A stretch of DNA of 64,000 nucleotides from Chrysomallon squamiferum (lineage: Eukaryota; Animalia; Mollusca), in the NCBI GenBank assembly GCA_012295275.1, contig CM022673.1, forward strand, positions 20,336,001-20,400,000. The letters are read 5' to 3'. The position numbers and the translations under genes are program-made. Every line of letters starts with the position of its first letter. Within the stretch, counting starts at the first letter, position 1. This document shows, one piece after another, positions 41,450 through 53,712 of the stretch. The notes under the pieces are model-generated. The model searched no databases, was not told the origin of the DNA, and was given only the letters and a program-made list of their open reading frames with translations.

Positions 41450-43212
41450 ATGAAGTCATCAAATTTGGCTACTCGCATAGCAACAGTGATATTGCTGCGA
41501 ATTAAGGATCGAAATTGTTATCTTAAAAAGGTATGTTTATCTTTATTTCACTTTCTTTTTTCTTTTTACTATGAATGTAACAAAAAAACTTTACTTTGAA
41601 AGTGAGAATTAATTTAATACTTTTGGTTTAAATCTGTTTGATGAAGTATGAGCCTTACATCTCTTAAATAATTACCTATTTCTGTTTTGTTCTGTTTACG
41701 TGTGAATTTTCGTCAGCATTAATATAAATAAACTACTCCAGAAATCATTTATCCTTATCATATATGACGAGAATTTGAATTATGCAGTTTCAGAGTTATA
41801 AAGTATTTTCTTAAATTATTGCTGAAATTTTAAACATTTTAAAGATTTGTGAATGACTGAAAACGAAATACAGAAAAACTAAATACAAAACTCAGATATC
41901 GCTAATACAGGATGTTATTTACGAGTTATAAATTGTGTAAACATACCTTTTATTAAGCTTTGCAGTTTTAACTTTATTAAAATAAAGACAACAAATCTTA
42001 AAAAAGGGATACAAAATCTGTTAAAACTCATGAACAGACTATCTCTGTGAATAAAAGGATGTTCAATTAAATGAAAACAAATATGATTTAAAAAAAATAA
42101 TTAAACAAAAATACAGACTGAAAACAAATTTCTTTAGAATTGTGTTGTTATTATTATTATGATTGTTGTTGTTGCCATTATTACTATTATTATCGTGTTG
42201 TTATTTTTCTCTCATTCATTCACACATACACACACACAAAAACACACACATAGTTTTTTTTTAGGCAAGAAGAAGCAACTAAATGGTTGCATTACATGTA
42301 AAAATCTGACAAATGTTTTACTAATTGGTTTAGTAGAGATCTTCAGTGAAACATAGATTTTTATAAATGAAGAACAAACTTTCTGAAAAGTTGTGAGAGT
42401 GAAACACATTAAATATGATGCTCATCTGTGATCCATATTTAGCCAGTTAATAAAACTAATTAATATAATAAATATTGTTATCTGCACAGGAACAAATAAA
42501 ACTGTAATTTTATCTACAGAAATGAGTTTATATTTTACAAGGGCAGGATGATACATATTTACACTAAGTGTTCTGGATAAACAAGCAATTCCTTTCACTA
42601 CAGTGTCTTTACTTCGATTTGCTTATTACAGAAGCCAAGACAGCTAAACCTGGTACTGAACAGCCAGAAGATGATATCAAAGACAAAGGACACAGTAAAC
42701 ATCTTCTTACTCTCAATCTGGACTTGGATTTTAAGTTTAAAAGTCCTCTTCCCAAGGCTCATGGGGATTCTGGTGATGGACACAGTCAAAACACAGTCAG
42801 CTTAATGGCCATTCTGAACCCTCTCAGATATTTCAGTGTTGCCATTAGCCCTGACACTGGCAATCCCAAGGGTATTCATAGTCCTGTATCAACTGACAGA
42901 TTTAACACAACTAATGAATCTAACTCAACTGTTATCCAGATTTTTCTAGCTGGTGGGTCAGTAGCACCTACAGGACAAAAGGACAAAACCTTTCACCAAG
43001 AGAAAGTGGAGAATACCCAGACACACCCACTTTGATCAGTTCAAATCTACAGTTTTCAACATAATCTGGATAATAGTCGTAAAGATCTGAATAACAATGA
43101 GAAGGACCTGGATGATAGACAGAATGAACATGGTCATAGTCTGAAGAAACAGAACAATAGGAAGAAGGAAAAGGATAATCTATAGAATGAACAGGACTAT
43201 ACTAAGAAGGAA
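41450..43212 (+). pseudogene. 5' part of an acidic-repeat protein gene with in-frame stops, running into the gap
   Basis: Candidate first exon MKSSNLATRIATVILL...|GTATGT (41450-41530) and acceptor ttattacag at ~42631. The frame EAKTAKPGTEQPEDD... continues through TGA (43033-43035) and TAG (43183-43185) into NEQDYTKKE, a variant of the 35.2-kb repeat unit. Confidence 0.5.
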
Positions 43213-43412
43213 NNNNNNNNNNNNNNNNNNNNNNNNNNNNNNNNNNNNNNNNNNNNNNNNNNNNNNNNNNNNNNNNNNNNNNNNNNNNNNNNNNNNNNNN
43301 NNNNNNNNNNNNNNNNNNNNNNNNNNNNNNNNNNNNNNNNNNNNNNNNNNNNNNNNNNNNNNNNNNNNNNNNNNNNNNNNNNNNNNNNNNNNNNNNNNNN
43401 NNNNNNNNNNNN
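43213..43412. other. Assembly gap (200 N)
   Basis: Run of 200 N. The round length suggests a scaffolding placeholder. Confidence 0.99.
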
Positions 43413-44439
43413 TTCTTATAATATAAAACTTCTTGAATAGACCAGAAATTGGCACTGGATGGGAAATAACCAGTGGGTACTCTAAAAAGGTTCGATTCTA
43501 AACAAGGTTATATAACTTTAGTTAATCAAGTTACTGAATGCGTCAACCAGAGTTTTTCGTTCTTTTTTTCTTTTGAAATAAGTTAAATGCGCGCTAACAG
43601 AACCAACCGTCTGTGATATTTTACTGTGCGATGCTCAAATTGATTTTTTGTTAGTTTGTTGCATATATAAATTTATATACATATATAACTAGTGTTATAC
43701 ATATCTGTAACAGAAGGAATTTCACTACTTGGAATGTGCATCTATGTTATCCGCTAGAAAAACAAAATGGATTGAGATTTCTTGCTAAAATAACTCACAT
43801 AAACAAACCGTTAACGTCAGAGAAAACAACCATTAAATTACTAAATCATGATAGATTATAACAACACAGATACATAACTGATTTTATGGTGTGTTTATGG
43901 TTGCAAAAAAATAAGTAAATAAAAAAGTGAAAGAAAAAGAATAATAAAGAAAAATAAAGAAAAAAGAGAAAAAAGAAAATAAAGTAAAATGAAAAAGAAA
44001 AAGAGAAAAAAAAGACATTTTCTCAGTTCTTGACAAGAAATAATTCCCATAAATCTCTTTATTAATTAAAACAAGTCTATTCATTATGAGTTGTTTACCA
44101 TAAACTATGTTTAATATTTGTTGTGGTATTGTATCGAATTTCCCAGCTCTGTTGAGTCAATTATAATTCAAAAGAGGCAAAAATTATTCACATAAAATGC
44201 AGACACTAAGTAATCTTTTCACTCGAACGCAGTAGTCCTTGATTTTCCTAAGGCGTAAAATTATTTCAAGTAAAAATAATTGTAAAGTCGTGTTTTAGTG
44301 TAAAATTTTGAACATTATTTGTTAATAATTATAATAAAATTAAATTTATAGTCACATGTCATAGGAATATAAATTCATCGTACAAGTTTCTTAATTTCAG
44401 TTTATTGTTACTGTTTATATTAACTGCAGAATAAACAGA

Positions 44440-44960
44440 TTATGGGAATTACCTAACTGTAACAGCGCTGATCTTGAATTAGGGTAAATCTTGAAACTGT
44501 AGCGAACACGTTATTTTATCCTTTGCTGCCATCTTGCCTTTCTGCCCGACCATCATTTCCGCTGCTGTGATCGGTTATGTTGCTATGTGATAAGAACAGA
44601 AGAGCTTGTTACTTGTGTTTCTCAGGAGGACTAACTACTCATTCTAAATGTTGCAAATGGGCATCTTCTGTTTTCCTCAGTTTTGATGATTCTCACTTAC
44701 TGCATACAGCCAGACGACTAACATGCCAGTTCTAATAGCAGCCGTTTCATTCTGAATACAGGATAGGAATATGTACATTAAAAATACAAAAGCAGCAACT
44801 TTGTTGCCACTTCTTGCTATCATTTCTGGTTAGATATCTGCTTCAAACTGAATCAAAATTATTTGTCATATGGCTGGGATATGTCAGCTGTTGTTTTGCA
44901 CTTTGACTGAGCAATTTAGGGAAGTGTTTAGATATGTTTTGGCGGTGTCTAGTAAGTAAA
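44440..44960 (+). pseudogene. Heavily deleted class A GPCR relic
   Basis: Motif remnants in correct order across frames: GNYLTVTAL (TM1), LETVANT.ILSFAA (ICL1/TM2), CDR.YVAM (DRY), LMILTYC (TM5), KNTKAA (TM6 start), LFVIWLGYVS (TM7), EQFREVFR (helix 8). Confidence 0.5.
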
Positions 44961-45466
44961 GTCATAACTAGCTGTTAAGGATTAAATAATATAGTAAACT
45001 TATTTATCTGAATACCTAGTAAAATGTCCTGTTTTATATCTGACAAAATAATTACGGTTGATAAAACAATATTAAAAAAAAAAATTAAAATAATATTAAA
45101 AGTGAAATGTATAACCCAACCAATCTGCAAATACATGACAATAACAAAATAATAATAATAATAATAATAATAAGACAAATCAATAAAATGATAAACTTAA
45201 ACAGAATATTTCCATAAATAACATTAACTAAGATCATGTGAAAAAAAAAGTTAAAACGAAAATGCACTTATCTGTAACTTAATGATTTCTTATCGTACAA
45301 ATAAATTATAAAGAATGAAATCCCTTGGATAATTTACACTATAAGTAATGATTAATTATCGCTGAATAATCGGGATCGAATATAAAAGAAAACTGAGTGT
45401 AATTTATGTTCATATTAGTTTTTAAAAGCAAAATTCACTCGTTTGACACTATAAATCTCTCTAGAT

Positions 45467-46364
45467 CAGTGGTTCTCAACCTTTTTTTGCCAACGGCACA
45501 CCTTGGAAAACATGAAAAAATAGCGACACACCTGGCTAAATATATATGAAAAATATTTGAATTTTGCAAAACAAAAAGATAGCAAGATTAGTCATAGACA
45601 GATAGAATGACTCAAACTAAATAAAGAAAAACACAGTTATGAACTCACTTCATTGCAGTGTTTCGAATTTCATCAGTCAAATAGCTGGCTTCTTTAGTCA
45701 GAAATTTGTGCCTTGCTTTTATTCATAATTTCCTCAATGTCTAGTCGAATATCAGACAGAACACCCTCATTTCTTCTTCCGTTGTACGTGATCACTTGCA
45801 CTGCTTGTTTTTGATATTGTTTAGTTTTGAGAAGCCTAATTGATATATATAAGAAGTTGAAAATTGTAATAAAATTGCTAAAGCTCTTTTACATATGGGA
45901 TACTCCTCTTGAATTGAAATCCAGAATGAATCAATGGGAACAGTTGAATGTTTCAATTTTAAGGTCTCACTACAAAGGGTGGCCAATTCTTCTTCTTCCT
46001 GTAACTCAAGTTCAATGTTGAAAGAATGATTTATGAAAGGATCTTTAATCCAATCATGCTTTAATGACGGAAAGTAACTGTTGATGCTTTCGTCCAGGGC
46101 TGTCAGATGAGTAAACACAATAGGGATCATTTCTCTAATGCAGGTAGAACGCAATAAAGAGACCATATCAAGATTGACAGAGATAGCTCTTTTTTTCCAA
46201 ATCACTATTTTCTTTTTGAGATAAACTAACTTGTTTGTTGAAGTGAGAATATTTTTGTTTTCACCTTGCATACTACTGTTTTGTTTTATTCTGGGATCAC
46301 GTGGTTTTCGCATTTTCTTAGTCTGCCGTTTAAAATTTCGCGGCACCCTTCTTGAGAATCACTG
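45467..46364 (-). mobile_element. Internally deleted hAT Charlie/Buster element retaining the transposase C-terminus
   Basis: TIRs CAGTGGTTCTCAA and reverse complement CAGTGATTCTCAA. 8-bp TSD ctctagat / ctgtagat, fitting the NTCTAGAN target. ORF 46346-45792 contains SMQGENKNIL, DWIKDPF and FWISIQEEYP..ALAILLQFSTSY..LGFS (hAT dimerisation region). Confidence 0.92.
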
Positions 46365-47381
46365 CTGTAGATTATAGCAGCAAAGAATAATAATAATAAT
46401 TTAAAAATATAAAAAAAATAATAATAATAAATTCAAATATAATAAAATAAAAACAAGATAAAAAAGGAATAAAACGTGATAAATACCGGACATGTAATGT
46501 GATTTATGATGTAGATATAGATTAATATCTTTACACCGAAAATAACAATTACTTTATGCAGGAAGAAAAAAGGAAGAAAAAAGAGAAAAAAAAAGGAATT
46601 TTTATGTAATGCAATTTCCTTAAATTATCACTAATAATATTGTTGTCGTTCGTTAACTTTCTTCTTCCGTCGTCTTTTTAGAGTAACATCGTCCTTTGAC
46701 TTTGCTGCCTAATATACTTGACATTTGGTTATTTTGTCTAGAGAATAGATTTTGTTTTTTCTTATGACCCTAAATCTCTTTCATTAATGTTCACAATATC
46801 CTTTTAATGATCCATTAAAAAAATATAAATCTATAGAATTCTGTGAAAATTTCATGAAACAAACTGGGTTACATTAAACACCTTAATAAAAAAAATAAGA
46901 ACAAATTAGTGATATATTTGAATTAGGTCATAAGAGCGCTGACATAATTTTTTTAAAGATTTACTAGTGTTGTTGTCGTTATTGTTGCTATTGTTATTGT
47001 TATTTATTTATATTTTTCCCCTAAAGCATCGTTTTTATAATAATGTAGAGATATACAGACTGTGTCGTTTAATTTGTATTTGCTAGAAGTTTATTAATTG
47101 TTTGGAAAATACTCGACTCAAAAAACAAAAATCATAATAAATAACAAAAACAGCAATAACAATAATAATAATTTTTTATAATAATAATAACAACAACAAC
47201 AACAATAATTATAATAATAATAATAAACAATAAATAAATAATATTTTTATAATACTGAATCAAGGGTTCGATTCAATGATCGATACCTACTACGTAAATT
47301 TCCTAAGTTAGGTTAGAAAATACACATAATGCAGATATATTAATTTACCTAAAAGCTTAAATCTTTAAGGGATTAAATCAT

Positions 47382-47418
<37 letters not shown>

Positions 47419-47569
47419 AAGAAGAAAACTAAAAAGCACTCTTCCATTTAAAAAAAATATGACTTTTTCTTATAGCAGCAGAAAAGAAATGTATTGTAAA
47501 ATTCTTTAATAGTGAAGGAATGTTCAGATGACCCAGTCGCAGTGTAATGCCTGTCCCTTAAACAAACTG

Positions 47570-48225
47570 TTCTTCCTGCGTCAGAAGAAAAGGTGAGAAA
47601 CAGAAAGGTTACTTTCCTAAATGCATTTGGCTAAGAAAAGACATGACTAAAATTTCCATTCAGTACCAGCTAGATCCAGAACTGCCACAACAGGACAACA
47701 AAAAAAAACCAAAACAACCTTATAAACAAATATTGCTGTAGATGTAGTTATGCAAAAAGTCATTTCTGATATGTGAAAGGAGGATATAGCGAAACATCAA
47801 TAGAGCGCTAAACAGAATGAATACACATAGTTAAGATGCAAATCTCTCACAAGCCACCTTTTTTACCATTTTTTCTTTGTACCTAGTTCTGAAAAAACAA
47901 ACCCACTTCCTTTCATCTTTCACACCTATGAAGAGGCATCAATAAAATTGCCAGACCCATATTTGCTAGGGCCAGAACTGCCACATGTAAGGAAATTGTA
48001 ATATGGATATTATGAGTTAATTATACTACAGCCATAAAGCATAGCTGAAATACATAAGACAGAGGTGCGGGTGAAGAAAACGCTAATTATGAAACTGTTA
48101 GATATCATAATAGCAGTTAAGTAACAATCTCCACAGAGATCTGTTTCAGTTTCAGTCAGTCACTTTCACACGAGACATCGCTGTACTGATGGATTACGAT
48201 TCGATCTTAGTGTGAAAAAAACACA

Positions 48226-48268
<43 letters not shown>

Positions 48269-48790
48269 GAACAAACTTTTCTTCCTGCGTCAGAAGAAAA
48301 GGCGACAAACAGAAAGGTTGGTTTCTTAAATGCAGTTGGCTAAGAAAAGACATGAATAAAATGTCCAGACCCATACCAGCTAGAGCCAGAACTGGCACAG
48401 GTAAGAAAATTGTATATTATAACGAGTCAATTATAGTAACAGCCATAAAGCATAGCTGACACTCCACAGAGATCTGTGTCAGATTCAGTCAATCACTTTC
48501 ACCTCAGACGTGGATGTACTGATGGTTTACGATTCGATGTCACTGGGGTCTAAAAATCCCATCTTTCTGAAATTTCCGTTAATACGGCTTACTTGAAGAA
48601 CATAACTTCTACTACTTTGAAAAAATCTTGCGTTAACTGAATTAATCTCTGGAACATGAGTCCGACACCGTTATCAGTAAGAGACACAAAACATAGCTGA
48701 AATACACAGTAGAGATCTAGACAAGAGACAGAGGTGCGGGTGAAGAAACTGCTAGTTCTGAAACTGTTGGAAATCATGACAACAATTAAG
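47570..48790 (-). pseudogene. Scrambled, partly duplicated fragments of a paralogue of the 52.7-kb GPCR
   Basis: 48690-48780 aligns with the ELAASS...LYCVFQL coding DNA. 48300-48400 encodes VLALAGMGLDILFM versus VLALADMGLAIFVM. 47720-48110 covers TM1-TM4 DNA (gtggcagttctggccctagcaaatatgggtctggcaatttt; cctttcacatatcagaaa). 47570-47690 duplicates 48278-48398. Confidence 0.8.
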
Positions 48791-48974
48791 TGACAAAAAT
48801 CAAAAAGGAAAAGGAAAACTAAAGTTGCTGCAACTTTAATTGTCTCTGCAAATGAATGGCAGTTCGCTAACTTTAAGAAATCCAGTTATTAAAGAGTATT
48901 TTATCATTTTTGTTTCCATCGTGTTAAAGCCATAGACGCTCTCTTCTGTCATGCCTACGCGAAAAACAATTCTG

Positions 48975-49480
48975 AATTATAATTGGATGAATAATATATC
49001 GACATTTATTGAAATGATAAATACAAAGAGACACGTGACTATTTAGTAGGCGGAGTTCATTTTAAAGTATTTTAAAGTAATAATAATAATGATAAAGACG
49101 ATCTGAATAATTTCGTTCTTAAATTCAGTCTTCTGTGGATATGGAAAGAACTTTCATTTTCTTCCGTGACAGTGAAATTGTAATACGTAACACAGTGTAG
49201 CAGGAATCTGTAAGTATTACAATGAAAAACTGCTATAAATGTGATTGAAAAGCTTATGTAGACTAAAGAATTTAATAAAAAAACAAAAAACTTAATTTTT
49301 ATAAAAGTAATAGAAAACGGTATTTATCATAAACGCGAACTGTTTTTTACATTGTTGTTGTTGAAGGCTTTTCGTTTATATTTAAATTCCGAGTATTTCT
49401 TACGTTTAAATCTTGCGACAATTAGTTTTTTCAGTGCAAAGATGAGCAGCAAGGAATATGATTGTGAAGCTATTTACCGC
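48975..49480 (+). pseudogene. Truncated paralogue of the GPCR: promoter, 5'UTR exon, intron and first 13 codons
   Basis: ATG at 49442 gives MSSKEYDCEAIYR versus MGSEEYDCEAIYN. The upstream DNA is colinear with 51365-51700 (attggatga, ttagtaggcggagtt, gacagtgaa, gtaagtatta.aatga). Similarity stops at the (CT)n tract. Confidence 0.8.
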
Positions 49481-49621
<141 letters not shown>

Positions 49622-51088
49622 CTCTAACAAAAAAGAAACGCAAAAGTAGATTTTATTGACATTGGGAATATCTATCTAATGGATCAACAGAATGCAGTAG
49701 AATGTTAATATTTTATACACACTTTCGCAGTTCATTAATATTGATGGTATTACATTGAAAAGGTTAAAGTTCGAGGTTATAACAGTATAATATCAATACC
49801 ATGGGAGTCAAGAACTGCCTGACATCTCCTTCCCATGGTAGTAATGACATTACGAATTACACCTTGTGGAATGGCGGCCTACTCTGTCTGTAGTAATAAG
49901 GCCAACTATTCTGTGGCTGTGGTTGTCGTCTATTCTGTGGCTGTCGTCTATCCAAATCGTCCCATAAATGCTCTATATGGTTCAAATCAGGAGATTCAGA
50001 GGGCCAGGGCAGGACCTGAATGTTATTGTTGTGTAGGTGCGCTGTTGTGAGTCTGGCTGTATGTGGTCTCGCATTGTCGTGCTGGAATACAGCGTTACCA
50101 TTATTCATAATTGGAGCGACATGTGGCTGCAAAATTTCATCTCGGTATCTCTGAGCCGTTAAGTTGCCTTGGATGTGATCCAGGTTGGTCCTACCAGTGT
50201 ATGAGATTGCCGCCCACACCATCACACTAACACCACCAAATTTGTCCGCTTTCTGTATGCAGTTTGCAGTAAAACGTTCACCACGACGTCTGTAAACTCG
50301 ACATCTTCCTTCACCTCGACGAAGCAGAAATCGAGCCTCGTCACTAACCAGACAGTTCTCTATCGTAACTGAGGCCAGATTCTGTGCACATGACACCACT
50401 GACGTTGTAGTCGGCGATGTTGTTGAGTCAAAACCACTCTTCTTACAAGCCGTCTGGCTTGAATACCTGCCTCGCGTAAACGATTGCGCACTGTCTGAGC
50501 CGATATTCTACGCAGACCTGGTATTGCTGAAGCAGTAGAGGTTGCCGCGATGGTTCTTTCCCGTAGATGAAGTACCCGTATGTAGCGGTCCTGGACCTGG
50601 TGGTCTACCTGATCTGGGACGGTCACGTGTTGTTTGGTGTTGCTGGAACCGATACCACAATCTCAAGATGGTGCTTGGGGATACATTGAACACCCGGGCT
50701 ACGGTCGAGAAGGATTCGCCAACTTGTAAACGGCCGATGGCGTTGTTTCGTTGCTGTTCACTCAGTCGTGGCATTTGTTTGATGTTGTGTCAGAACAAAA
50801 ATAACGAACAGAAGTATTCGACAGTCTTGCATTTTTGTAACCCTTGTATTCAAGTTTCATGTGCCGCACGTGCACATGCACTGGTAACGTGGTTTGGATG
50901 TGGGGACGTTTTGGCTAATAAACACGATCATAGCCTTTATTTTGCGTTACCTGCTTTTTGGCGACTGTAACAAAAGCTATAAGTTTGAATCACCAAATGT
51001 CATTATATTTATAGTTTGTACATCGATATGTGTCAGTTTACAATAGTTATCTAAGAAATCAACCATTTTGCGTTTCTTTTTTTGAGAG
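49622..51088 (-). mobile_element. Full-length Tc1 (DD34E) transposon, transposase frameshifted
   Basis: TIRs CTCTAACAAAAAAGAAACGCAAAA and reverse complement CTCTCAAAAAAAGAAACGCAAAA, with TA on both sides. Transposase runs from 50774 in three or more frames: MPRLSEQQR..HTH..RSGRP, VSDEARF, MVWAAIS, FQHDNARPH...SPDLNHIEHLW. There are 34 residues between the second D and the E. Confidence 0.96.
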
Positions 51089-51131
<43 letters not shown>

Positions 51132-51364
51132 ATACATCGGTGATTTTATTTGAATTTATCTGTGATATGACTGATACATTTTTAAACCTTCAGTTTTTCT
51201 TATTATTTATTTGTTTATTTATTTATTTAATCTGAATTTGACCTAAGTCAAGAAATGAATATAATAATAAAATTATATTGCATTACAGATTTCTGACATC
51301 TAGGTTTCAAAACTTCTCATCTACATTCTTTCTTCAAGTCTGCGTTACAAAACATCTTCATTTA

Positions 51365-51654
51365 TGATTGGATGAGTGAAATAATCCACTAGAAAACAGG
51401 ATTATTTCTGATTTAACGCCTTTGTTCCATTTGTAGAAATAATAAGTACAAATGGACACATGACTGTTTAGTAGGCGGAGTTTGTGGATATAAAAGGTTT
51501 CTTGTTAAATCATTATCTGAATTGAAACATCTCGAACTAATAAAAGACAGTCTTAATAATTCTTTCTTCAAACTGAGTTTTCGGTGGATATTTGAAAAAG
51601 TTTTATTTTCGCCTGCGACAGTGAATCTTTAATACATCATAGAAAGCAGTAAGT
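51365..51654 (+). promoter_or_regulatory. Putative GPCR promoter and non-coding first exon
   Basis: Reverse CCAAT (ATTGG 51367-51371), E-box-like CACATG, GC-box-like AGGCGGAG (51473-51480), TATAAAA (51489-51495) and donor GTAAGT (51649-51654). All except TATA are conserved in the paralogous copy at 48980-49215. A matching acceptor tttttcag ends at 52683. Confidence 0.55.
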
Positions 51655-51750
51655 ATTATAATGACTACAACAAATATGTTCGGAAACTGCACGTAGACTA
51701 AACATAATATAGTATATCGTATTATCAGTATTTAGTCATCTACCCAAATT

Positions 51751-52435
51751 CAGTTGTACCTTGACTTAGTTTAATTCGTTCCGTGACCCAGATCGTAACT
51801 AAATATGCTCGTATATCAAATCAATTTTCCCAACCGAAATTAATTGAAATACCATTAATCCGTTCCATCCCCACCCCCAAAAAAGCACTCCATTTTTCTA
51901 TTGTAATGTGTTTCTAACTAACAAAAATGTATGTATAAATGACAAATATTTTGTAAAAACAAAATAAAAGAGAATGTAAAGAAATAAAATGGTTTTGTAA
52001 AGTGTACTTATCTTGGAGATCCGATAAATTATTTTAACGGCTTTGCCTTGAGTTACAGCTTTTATCAACATTTCTGCTTCAGTATGTTACACGTCGTAGA
52101 AGTACTATGCTCGTACTGCCTAGCCAAGCCGACTACGGGCACACCTCGCTCAAGTTTCTCTATGAATTCAACCTTTAATTCAATGGCCATCATCCGCTTC
52201 TTCTTCTCAGCACTGCCCTTTGCATTCACTTTCTTAGGATCCATGTTAAAAAAATTTGGAAAATATTGCACAAAACACGAGCACAACACAACAAGATAAA
52301 TCCGCGGCGAGGTAACCACGTAAATTAAACGAGTGAGACGCCGGATGCTGCCGGATCTTATCTTATTCGTTGCGCCAACTAGCGGCGTCGTATCTGAAGC
52401 TCGCTCGAAACTCGAAAAACTCGTAAGTTGTGGAG
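51751..52435 (-). mobile_element. Non-autonomous Tigger/pogo element in the GPCR 5'UTR intron
   Basis: Tigger-like terminus CAGTTGTACCTTGACTTAGTTTAATTCGTTCCGTGACC with ctcgta sub-repeats at both ends. 52244-52065 encodes MDPKKVNAKGSAEKKKRMMAIELKVEFIEKLERGVPVVGLARQYEHSTSTTCNILKQK (CENP-B N-terminal HTH). Absent from the paralogous intron. Confidence 0.85.
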
Positions 52436-52696
52436 TGCCTATTTTCAAGTAAATTACCATGGATGTGACTGTACTAAATACTAACGATACCAACATGATA
52501 ATCCACTTCAAAATCCAGATAGAATCCTTGTAGTTCTTAGTAATACAAACTTTATAATAACTATGATCACAAATATTGATATTTTAACTCTTGTTTGTGA
52601 TAGAATATTATATTTCGCTTTCTAATTTTGTTTAAAATATTTACTGTACAACTTTACACGTATGTTATTGACTTCTTTTTCAGGTTCAGTAAAAAG

Positions 52697-53712
52697 ATGG
52701 GCAGCGAGGAATATGACTGTGAAGCTATTTACAACGAATTAGCAGCTTCTTCAGCATCGCCTCTGACTGACACTCAGACAAAACTCTATTGTGTATTTCA
52801 GCTCTTCTTTATTGCTGTTACAATAACTGGTAACAGTCTCGTTATAACATCTATATTAAAATTTCCTTATCTGCGCAAACGTCAGAACGTCCATGTTGCA
52901 GTATTGGCTCTAGCAGATATGGGTCTGGCAATTTTCGTCATGCCTCTTCACACATATGAAAGATGGAATGGAAAGTTTGATTTGCCACAATCGGTTTGTG
53001 TCTTCAGAAATATTTTTGATGGTGCTTTGAGTCAGATATCCATCTTAAATCTGTGCATTCTTTCTGTCGAGCGCTATCTTGCTGTTTGCCGCCCTTTCAC
53101 TTATCAGAAAATTACTCCCACCATAACTGCATGTACAGCAATTTTTTGCTGGGCTTTACCTTTGTCTGCTATGGCTGTTTACTTCGGTCCTGGAATGAAC
53201 GTGATTGGAATGGAAGATTATGATTTCTGTGTTTCGAAAGCACAAATTTGTTTGTATCTTCAGACTGAATGGAGTTCCTATGTACAGCTCGTGTATTTTG
53301 CTGTTGTACCAATGACGATTATTCTGATCCTCTACGTTAAGATATTCCAGAAGGCAAAAGAGCACGCCCGTGCAATCCGATCTTTGACCGTTACGGAGGA
53401 TGACAAGAAAAAGAGAAAAGCTTTTACAGGAAACACCAAGGCAGCGCGTACACTCTCAGTTATTGTTGGCGTATTCTATATCTGTTGGTTGCCTCTTCTC
53501 GTTCTTTCTATGGTGGATGCTAGTACTAAATACCAAGTCATTCCGACTATAATTATGATTTGTTTCTTTGGCTGGCATATCTAAACTCTTTGATGAATCC
53601 ATTCCTGTATTATCTGTTCAGCCAGGATTTCAAAACAGCTTTCAGGCAGATTTTCAATTGCAAGCCAAGAGCAGTTACAGACATAACTTTGACATCTACA
53701 AACACTGCTTAG
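52697..53712 (+). CDS. Class A (rhodopsin-like) aminergic-type GPCR, single coding exon, with a 1-nt frameshift before TM7 (pseudogene or consensus error)
   Basis: Motifs: GN (TM1), LALAD (TM2), C3.25 and D3.32 with SILNLCILSVERY (TM3), W4.50, P..I...Y.KI (TM5), KAARTL..IVGVFYICWLP (TM6). Adding one T to TTT at 53567-53569 gives CFFWLAYLNSLMNPFLYYLFSQDFKTAFRQIF...* (338 aa). Confidence 0.9.

Noticed and set aside
43180-43455. ORFs spanning the N run
   Set aside because: Artefacts of translating the assembly gap.
50542-50970. 142-aa plus-strand ORF inside the Tc1
   Set aside because: Antisense shadow of the transposase 5' region.
52628-52696. N-terminal extension of the 318-aa ORF from a TTG start
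   Set aside because: Mostly intron (acceptor ends at 52683). The paralogue supports ATG 52697 as the start.
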